A stretch of 64,000 nucleotides of DNA, from positions 95,413-159,412 of the IMG/VR virus record IMGVR_UViG_3300025728_000008; one strand, 5' to 3'. Numbering within the stretch: the stretch's first letter is position 1; the number at the start of each line of letters is the position of its first letter. Of the stretch, positions 57,678-64,000 are shown piece by piece. Source of the stretch: a virus. Under the pieces are notes generated by a model that was not told where the DNA came from, did not search any database, and was given only the letters and a program-made list of their open reading frames with translations. The translations under genes and the position numbers were made by a program.

Positions 57678-58217
57678 TTACCATCCTTCGTAATCTGTAA
57701 TGTCTTCCTGTACTTTGCAATTCTTACATTCTATTAATGTATGTGTCCCAATTCCTGTTCCTGTAAGGATATAACGTGTACTTCCTTTGCATGATGCATA
57801 ATGTTCTTTTGCAAATGTAGAAGCTTTAACTTTTTCTTTTGTAGTCATGATGTGTATAGAGTTCAATCTCATCTGATTGATTTCTTCTTCTAATTTCGCA
57901 ATTTCATCTTCTTTACGATAATCTCTAAGTTGCTGTTTAAGCTTTTCATTCTCTTCAAACACATCTGTAATTGAGTCAATGACTGTATTTAATCCTGCTC
58001 GCTGTTTATTGTTCATGAATTTTTGAATCTTCTCTTGCCATCCACTCTTTCCTTGTGGCGGTGGTGGAGGTGGTCTGTTTCCAATAGGTTTAGGTTTATG
58101 TCCTCCACTATGCATTTTACTTTGGGCTAATGGTGGGCTAGGTGCTTTCAATGTTGGCTTTCTACCTTCTACTTTAACTGTTATTGATGGTTTCTGATAA
58201 CTTCCAAACATGGACAT
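57678..58217 (-). CDS. Hypothetical protein (Pro-rich N-terminus, C-terminal Cys motif)
   Basis: RPPPPPPQ; H..C...GTGIG...C..C. Confidence 0.55.
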   Translation of the reverse strand: MSMFGSYQKPSITVKVEGRKPTLKAPSPPLAQSKMHSGGHKPKPIGNRPPPPPPQGKSGWQEKIQKFMNNKQRAGLNTVIDSITDVFEENEKLKQQLRDYRKEDEIAKLEEEINQMRLNSIHIMTTKEKVKASTFAKEHYASCKGSTRYILTGTGIGTHTLIECKNCKVQEDITDYEGW

Positions 58218-58223
58218 TCCTCC

Positions 58224-58775
58224 TTAGCTATATTGCCAGATAATATTTTCAATAATTCCAACTGTTCCAGTCATTTTATTTCTTACATTTTTCACTACAT
58301 AATCATAATCGCTACGGTTTTTTATTTCTTTGTCGTATAATTCAATTCGTTTATTTGCTTTTTTAATACTGTCTCCACGTGATAACATATTAATCATACA
58401 ATCTTCTTTACTTGTGTATAAGAAAATTCCAACTGCATCTGGAAACACTTCTTTAACTTGTTTATATCCTTCATAGTTGACAATTATGTATGCATGATTT
58501 GTTTGAGCTTGTCGATGTTTGATTTCATCTTTTGCTATTCCATAACCATAACCATCATAAATTACAGTTTCAGCAAATTCATTTCCATCAAGTCCTCTTT
58601 TGAAAGTTTCTTCATCAATGAAGTAATACGCTTTCCCATCTTTCTCTCCTTCTCGTTTAGGTCTAGTTGTATGAGAGACACATTCTGAAAGTCTATGTGC
58701 ATTATTCTTTCTTACTTGTTCCATAACACTAGTCTTTCCTGCTCCAGACATTCCTGTTATTAAAAATAAAGTCAT
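58224..58775 (-). CDS. gmk: Guanylate kinase-like nucleoside monophosphate kinase
   Basis: GMSGAGKT, SHTTRPKREGEKDGKAYYF, YG. Confidence 0.85.
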   Translation of the reverse strand: MTLFLITGMSGAGKTSVMEQVRKNNAHRLSECVSHTTRPKREGEKDGKAYYFIDEETFKRGLDGNEFAETVIYDGYGYGIAKDEIKHRQAQTNHAYIIVNYEGYKQVKEVFPDAVGIFLYTSKEDCMINMLSRGDSIKKANKRIELYDKEIKNRSDYDYVVKNVRNKMTGTVGIIENIIWQYS

Positions 58776-58787
58776 ATTACCATCCTC

Positions 58788-58946
58788 CTATAGTTTATCT
58801 AACGCAAACATAAAATTAGCAAATGAGAATACTACATTTCCTACAGACCAAAGTTTCCAGAATCGAGTATCGTTTAGAGCAAATGTTGCTCCACAAAGAA
58901 TACAATTTGCAAAATAAATTAATGCACATATAATAACCATTGTCAT
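58788..58946 (-). CDS. Small membrane protein (52 aa, not in ORF track)
   Basis: Two hydrophobic segments; RBS GGGAG. Confidence 0.5.
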   Translation of the reverse strand: MTMVIICALIYFANCILCGATFALNDTRFWKLWSVGNVVFSFANFMFALDKL

Positions 58947-58950
58947 ATTA

Positions 58951-59208
58951 TCACTCTCCCTTTTTCTTTATAAGACTTCCAAAAACAATTGCCCAACATC
59001 TTGCACCATGTAATACTAGAAAATTAACTTTACCTGCAAAATTTGCATTGTCGTACATTTGAAAAAATACATCTGAATTGTGTCTGTCTTCTTCACTTAG
59101 ATATTCATTATCTCTATCTCTCTCTGTTATTACTACTAGATGAAACCCCGTAAGCATGAGAATCATCAATACCCATGAAATAAAACTCATTATGTATGTT
59201 AGCTCCAT
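58951..59208 (-). CDS. Small membrane protein
   Basis: N-terminal TM; RBS AGGAG. Confidence 0.55.
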   Translation of the reverse strand: MELTYIMSFISWVLMILMLTGFHLVVITERDRDNEYLSEEDRHNSDVFFQMYDNANFAGKVNFLVLHGARCWAIVFGSLIKKKGE

Positions 59209-59219
59209 CTAATCACTCC

Positions 59220-59471
59220 TTAATGGTGATGATGCCCTGTACTACCTAGAGCGTATCCAGTTAGGATTGAGAAGATTCCAAATATGAAGTTTTCTACAAC
59301 TGGTGTCCAAGCACGAATATCATATGCTTCAATATCAATTAATCCCCATGCACCAACGAATGCAACTATTAAATGAATGACACCTTCTAATGTGTTTAAT
59401 ACTGCTAAACTCTTCATAATCCATTTACCTGTTTTTGTTTCTAAGAAAAAATGTTTTAATTTCTTTTTCAT
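59220..59471 (-). CDS. Small membrane protein
   Basis: Two TM segments, His-rich tail. Confidence 0.55.
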   Translation of the reverse strand: MKKKLKHFFLETKTGKWIMKSLAVLNTLEGVIHLIVAFVGAWGLIDIEAYDIRAWTPVVENFIFGIFSILTGYALGSTGHHHH

Positions 59472-59490
59472 TTCATCACCTCATGTTATT

Positions 59491-59519
59491 ATTATATCAT
59501 TATCTTTTATGTTTGTCAA
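59491..59519 (-). promoter_or_regulatory. sigmaA consensus promoter (TAATGA family)
   Basis: TTGACA-AACATAAAAGATAATGA-TATAAT. Confidence 0.85.
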
Positions 59520-59818
59520 CGATTTTTCTTTTTAGATTTTTTTGCTTCTTTCTTTTTAGCTCTAGCCTTTGTTTTATTTACTTTCTTCTTTGTATACTGT
59601 TTATAAAGGTCACGCTGAAACTTATGTAAATGCTTCTTTACTTCTTCTACTGTTAATCCTTCTTCTTTTGCAACAGCTTCAATTGCTTCTTCTAAAGTTA
59701 AAGCATCATCAGACAACCCTTCTTCTAATGGCATATTTTTTGTTCCTTGAATTGTAAAGAATTTTTCTGCATCCACACCACTAGGCATTCCATCTACTAA
59801 AAATTTACTCTGTTCCAT
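59516..59818 (-). CDS. Hypothetical protein (acidic N-terminus, Lys-rich tail)
   Basis: 100-aa ORF, RBS AAGGAG. Confidence 0.6.
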   Translation of the reverse strand: MEQSKFLVDGMPSGVDAEKFFTIQGTKNMPLEEGLSDDALTLEEAIEAVAKEEGLTVEEVKKHLHKFQRDLYKQYTKKKVNKTKARAKKKEAKKSKKKNR

Positions 59819-59849
59819 TCACAACAACTCCTTCGTTTAATGTACTCTT

Positions 59850-59878
59850 ATTATATCATTATATTTTACTCTTGTCAA
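59850..59878 (-). promoter_or_regulatory. sigmaA consensus promoter (TAATGA family)
   Basis: TTGACA-AGAGTAAAATATAATGA-TATAAT. Confidence 0.85.
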
Positions 59879-59883
59879 TAGAC

Positions 59884-59916
59884 AAAAAGAAAAGAAGAGA
59901 AATAAATTCTCTTCTT
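59884..59916 (-). terminator. Terminator after dUTPase
   Basis: AAGAAGAGAA/TTCTCTTCTT inverted repeat with T runs on the - strand. Confidence 0.65.
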
Positions 59917-59919
59917 AAA

Positions 59920-60861
59920 TTACTTACCGCTTTGACCTAGTTTTGTATCTCCACGCTCTGATTCAATTCTCACTAATTGTTCTAAAGTCAATTCTGTCAA
60001 CTTTGTGTTTGGCACTAAATCAACAGTTGCTTGTGCAATTGCTTTAGAGTAAGGGTAGTAAATTCTATCATGCAAATCTAACGTTTCAGTTACTTGACTT
60101 GTAATAATTACATCCTTATGTAAAGGGGTGATAGCTAAAAATACTTCTCCACGATATCCAGAATCAACAACTCCTGCTAATACAGACATTGAAATCTTGC
60201 CTGTACTTCCACGTTCGTGTTTTGCATTCAAGTAATGTGTCTTAGGTAATGCAAATGCAAGACCTGTTGGGACTAGAGTTGTTTTGTTTGCAGGACAAAC
60301 AATTACATATCCGTCTTTCAGTCCATCGTATGAATCATTTAATGATGCCATTTTTTGCGGTTCTACACATGCATATAAATCATATCCTGCATCCTCATCA
60401 CGTTTTGTTGGTACAACTGCATCTGGATGAATACGTGCAAAGAATACTTCTGGATTCATGATTGAATCTACAGTTTTATACAATTCTTCAAATGCTTTAC
60501 TCAATGAAACATGATTACCAAAATTATGCATTTCTGCTTTTGGGTCAATCACTGGCATCACCAATTGCACTTTAGGATTGGAGTTTAACATTAATTCCCC
60601 TTTTGCAATGACTGCATTGTATTTTTGAGTTTTCTTCTTTTTCTTAATCTTGTCTGGATTCTCTTTGAAGAATTTGTCTTTAGCTTTATATTTCAATTTA
60701 TCAATTTCCCAAAGTTTCAAAGTCTCTTCTTTACCATCTATTTCAACAACTACATTTTGGTTAGGAATATCAAGTGATACAACTTTACCTTCTACTTTTT
60801 TGTCATGTACCCAAATAATTTCTTCTGCTCGATAAAATCTCTTTTTATTTTTCTTTGTCAT
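59920..60861 (-). CDS. dut: Trimeric dUTPase with N-terminal extension
   Basis: DAGYDL, VPTGL, RGS, GVVDSGYRGE, IAQ, RG...GQSG; start after RBS AAAGGGG. Confidence 0.88.
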   Translation of the reverse strand: MTKKNKKRFYRAEEIIWVHDKKVEGKVVSLDIPNQNVVVEIDGKEETLKLWEIDKLKYKAKDKFFKENPDKIKKKKKTQKYNAVIAKGELMLNSNPKVQLVMPVIDPKAEMHNFGNHVSLSKAFEELYKTVDSIMNPEVFFARIHPDAVVPTKRDEDAGYDLYACVEPQKMASLNDSYDGLKDGYVIVCPANKTTLVPTGLAFALPKTHYLNAKHERGSTGKISMSVLAGVVDSGYRGEVFLAITPLHKDVIITSQVTETLDLHDRIYYPYSKAIAQATVDLVPNTKLTELTLEQLVRIESERGDTKLGQSGK

Positions 60862-60916
60862 GTTCATTTCCCCTTTTATTATGTATATATTAGTGGAGAA
60901 CTTTATCCCCACTAAT

Positions 60917-60945
60917 ATTATATCATTATTTTTTGTACTTGTCAA
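60917..60945 (-). promoter_or_regulatory. sigmaA consensus promoter (TAATGA family)
   Basis: TTGACA-AGTACAAAAAATAATGA-TATAAT. Confidence 0.85.
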
Positions 60946-60964
60946 ATTTATATGTTACATAGGC

Positions 60965-61924
60965 TTACATAAAATCATAATCAGAGTCTTTTGTATCTTC
61001 TACAGCAGACATTAAATATCCATTACCCACACTAGAAAAGAAATCGTGATTAGTTGTTCCTGTAGATAAACCATTTAATACGATTGGATTCACATCATCA
61101 GCTTTATCTGCAAATAATGGGTCTAAACCAAGATTCATTAAAGCTTTATTTGCATTGTATCGTAAAAACACTTTTACATCACTAGTCCAACCTACTTCAT
61201 CGTACAAGTATTCTGTATACTTGACTTCATTTTCATATAATTCATACAAGAATGAATAAGCAAAGTTCTTGATTTCTTCTTGTTCTTCTAGAGACAATTC
61301 ATTATATGCTACTTTAAATTTATATCCGATATATGCTCCGTGTGCTGACTCATCACGAATTATCAACTTAATTACTTCTGCTACGTTGATTAGTTTTGCA
61401 CGACCTAAATAATACAATGGTGTATAGAATCCACTATAGAATAAGAATGATTCTAAGAATACAGAAGCAATTTTTCTTTGTAATGAAGTACCATTTACAT
61501 ACATATTATTTACTAATTCAGCTTTCTTTTGAAGAGTAGGATGTACTTCAATCCATTCAAAAATGTCACGGATTTCTTGCACATTATTCAACGTACTAAA
61601 GATTGAAGAATAACTACGTGCATGTTCTGATTCCATGAAAGCAATATTGTTATAGACTGCTATTTCATGTTGTGTTCTAGCATCTTGTTTTAAAGAGTCT
61701 ACTCCAACTTCTGATTGAAGTGTGTCAAGTAGTGTCAGACCACCAAAGACTCTTTCTACCAAACGCTTCTCAACGTCTGGTAGTTTAGTCCAATCATTTT
61801 TATCTTTAGATACTGGCATACGTGTACTCAACCAAAATTGAGCAGTAAGGGTCTCATATGTTAACTTATCCATCATGTCTTCCATTGCGTTCCAGTTAAC
61901 GCCTTTAAATTTCTTCATTTCCAT
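60965..61924 (-). CDS. nrdF: Ribonucleotide reductase class Ib beta subunit
   Basis: GLTLLDTLQ, MESEHARSYSSIF, LESFLFYSGF, IIRDE..HG, NHDFFS. Confidence 0.95.
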   Translation of the reverse strand: MEMKKFKGVNWNAMEDMMDKLTYETLTAQFWLSTRMPVSKDKNDWTKLPDVEKRLVERVFGGLTLLDTLQSEVGVDSLKQDARTQHEIAVYNNIAFMESEHARSYSSIFSTLNNVQEIRDIFEWIEVHPTLQKKAELVNNMYVNGTSLQRKIASVFLESFLFYSGFYTPLYYLGRAKLINVAEVIKLIIRDESAHGAYIGYKFKVAYNELSLEEQEEIKNFAYSFLYELYENEVKYTEYLYDEVGWTSDVKVFLRYNANKALMNLGLDPLFADKADDVNPIVLNGLSTGTTNHDFFSSVGNGYLMSAVEDTKDSDYDFM

Positions 61925-61938
61925 TCTTCCTACCTCCA

Positions 61939-64000
61939 TTAAATACTGCAAGACTCACATTCATTTGCTCCAATAGTTGTTCCATCATCTGTATGTGTTC
62001 TAACATAGTAAAGTGATTTAATTCCCTTTTTGTGTGCATAGTTTCGTATAATAGACAAATCTCGTGTAGTCTTTTTAGTTGGATATTCACTGCCGACCTT
62101 CCACTCATATAAACCTTCTGGCAATTCATCACGCATAAATAATGTCAGAGACAATCCTTGGTCTACGTGTTTTTGAGCTACTGCATATGTATCAATGATT
62201 TTGCGTTGGTCAATATCATAAGCTGATACATAATATGGTAAAGTCTCATCAGATAAGTATGGTGCAGGATAGTAAACTTTACCACGTTTACCTTCTGTTC
62301 TTTCTTCAATTCTATGTGTAATAGGATGGATTGAAGCTGTTGCTTCATTTACATAACTGATACTTCCTGTAGGAGCTACAGCTAAACGATAAGCATTGTA
62401 AATACCATGTTCCATTACAGATTGTTTTAAAGTCTCCCAATCAGCTTTCAAAGGAATGAAGATATTTTTGAATAGCTTTTTAATCTTCTCAAACTTAAAT
62501 TCAAATTCTGGCTCATCTAAATATTTGTTGAAGTACGTACCATCAGCATATTTAGATTTTTCAAAGTTGTAGAATGTCTCATTTCGCTCAATTGAAATTT
62601 GATTACTTTCATAAAGTGTCCAGTAGTTCAGCAACATAAAGTATACATCAGTAAACTCAAGCGCTTCTGGTGAGCCATAATGAATCTTATTCTTCGCCAA
62701 GAATCCATGTAAATTCATTGCTCCTAATCCTGTTGCATGATAACGGTCATTACCATTCTTAACAGAAGGTACTACATCAACATTAGATGAATCTGAAACG
62801 AATGTTAAACCACGATGCATTGTTCTTACAGACTTACCAAAGTCTGGAGATACCATTAAGTTTGCAACGTTTGTAGAAGCTAAATTACAACTCACATCTG
62901 TTCCTTTGTAAATGTAGGATTGGTCATTTGCAATTTCTGATTCTTCATGCACTTGGAAAATTTCTGTACAAAGATTAGACATAACAATTTGACCAGAAAT
63001 TGGATTTTGTTCATTAGCATGGTCAATATTAATAATATAAGGATATCCACTTTCATTTTGAAGATTACTAATTTCTCGTTCTAAATCACGTGCCTTGATT
63101 TTTGTCTTACGAATGTTTTTGTTATTTACCATGTTGTCATATTCTTCTGTGATGTTCACATATGAGAATGCTTTACCATATTCTTTTTCAACATCATGAG
63201 GTGAGAATAAATACATATGCTCATTGTTTTTGATTAATTCGTAAAACTTGTTTGGTACAGTTAATCCAAGTGAAAGAGTTTTAATACGCACTTTTTCATC
63301 AGCGTTCTCTTTACGTACAGAAAGGAAATCAATTACATCTGGATGGAAAATGTTTAGATAAACAACACCTGCCCCATCACGCTTTCCTCCTTGGTTTGCA
63401 TAAGAGAATGCATCTTCAAACATTTTCATTACAGGAATAACACCATCTGCTAATCCATATACACCTTTGATTGGGTCATTGTTTGCTCGGATGTTAGATA
63501 AGTTTACACCAACACCTCCACCAATTTTAGATAACTGTAATGCAGAGTTGACTGCACGACCAATACCATTCATATCATCAGAAATTGTTAATAGGAAACA
63601 TGAAACCATTTCTCCTGCACGTTCTCTTGCAATATTTAAGAATGTAGGTGTTGCAGGTTGATAACGTTGATTGATTAATTCATCTGCTAAATTTAAAGCA
63701 AGTTCTTCATCACCATTTCCAATTGCTAATGCATTAAAAGCTAAACGGTCTTCGTATCTTTCTAAGAAACGGTCTCCCTTATCATTCTTTAATGCGTATT
63801 GTTGATAGAATTTATAAGCACCCATAAATGAGCGAAAACGAAACTTTTTATCATAAATTCTCTTAAACAATTTTTTAGTAAACTTACGAGAATATAAATT
63901 AAGCACTTGTGCTTTTGTGTAGTTATTATTAATGAGGTAATTAAGCTTCTCATCTAAGGTATGGAAAAATACTGTGTTTGGATTTACATATTCTAAGAAG
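61939..64000 (-). CDS. nrdE: Ribonucleotide reductase class Ib alpha subunit, 5' partial
   Basis: PATPTF, SCFL, SNLCTEI, APTGSISY, SLYYVR, C-terminal CxxC; frame stays open to the window edge (..LEYVNPNTVFFH..). Confidence 0.95.
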   Translation of the reverse strand, partial: FLEYVNPNTVFFHTLDEKLNYLINNNYTKAQVLNLYSRKFTKKLFKRIYDKKFRFRSFMGAYKFYQQYALKNDKGDRFLERYEDRLAFNALAIGNGDEELALNLADELINQRYQPATPTFLNIARERAGEMVSCFLLTISDDMNGIGRAVNSALQLSKIGGGVGVNLSNIRANNDPIKGVYGLADGVIPVMKMFEDAFSYANQGGKRDGAGVVYLNIFHPDVIDFLSVRKENADEKVRIKTLSLGLTVPNKFYELIKNNEHMYLFSPHDVEKEYGKAFSYVNITEEYDNMVNNKNIRKTKIKARDLEREISNLQNESGYPYIINIDHANEQNPISGQIVMSNLCTEIFQVHEESEIANDQSYIYKGTDVSCNLASTNVANLMVSPDFGKSVRTMHRGLTFVSDSSNVDVVPSVKNGNDRYHATGLGAMNLHGFLAKNKIHYGSPEALEFTDVYFMLLNYWTLYESNQISIERNETFYNFEKSKYADGTYFNKYLDEPEFEFKFEKIKKLFKNIFIPLKADWETLKQSVMEHGIYNAYRLAVAPTGSISYVNEATASIHPITHRIEERTEGKRGKVYYPAPYLSDETLPYYVSAYDIDQRKIIDTYAVAQKHVDQGLSLTLFMRDELPEGLYEWKVGSEYPTKKTTRDLSIIRNYAHKKGIKSLYYVRTHTDDGTTIGANECESCSI

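Noticed and set aside
60965-64000. Group I introns or inteins in nrdE/nrdF (also checked dnaE and thyA)
   Set aside because: ORFs are continuous and of ordinary length within the window; no homing endonuclease or intein motifs noticed
1-64000. CRISPR array, tRNA or rRNA genes
   Set aside because: No regularly spaced repeats or cloverleaf sequences recognised by eye; intergenic gaps are short (tRNAscan not run)

Overview
AT-rich 64 kb segment of a large siphovirus-type bacteriophage genome, most likely infecting a spore-forming Bacillus (cereus-group-like endolysin, SASP gene, sigmaA-type promoters). The organisation recalls large SPbeta-/Tsamsa-like Bacillus phages; this is inference, as no search was run. 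The + strand (1-33.5 kb) holds the tail module: major tail protein, an intact tyrosine recombinase, a 3114-aa tape measure, Dit, Tal, and fibres with an S74 chaperone. It continues with the lysis cassette (amidase plus two holin-like genes) and a post-lysis cluster of Ig-like proteins. The - strand (33.6-64 kb) holds replication and nucleotide genes (RuvC-like, DnaE, TK, DHFR, ThyA, GMK-like, dUTPase, NrdEF, DNA ligase). It also carries an RNA-repair set (Rnl1, Rnl2, Pnk-HD, Pol-beta NTase, MBL hydrolase), two ClpP paralogues, a subtilisin, lipoproteins and an oppositely oriented SASP gene. Top candidate for a new system: the 30.5-32.9 kb cluster has the sequence logic of a pilus-like filament built by donor-strand complementation, with a shaft subunit, a base, an adaptor and a LamG tip. 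A 12-copy promoter family and a 4-copy palindromic operator candidate are also visible.
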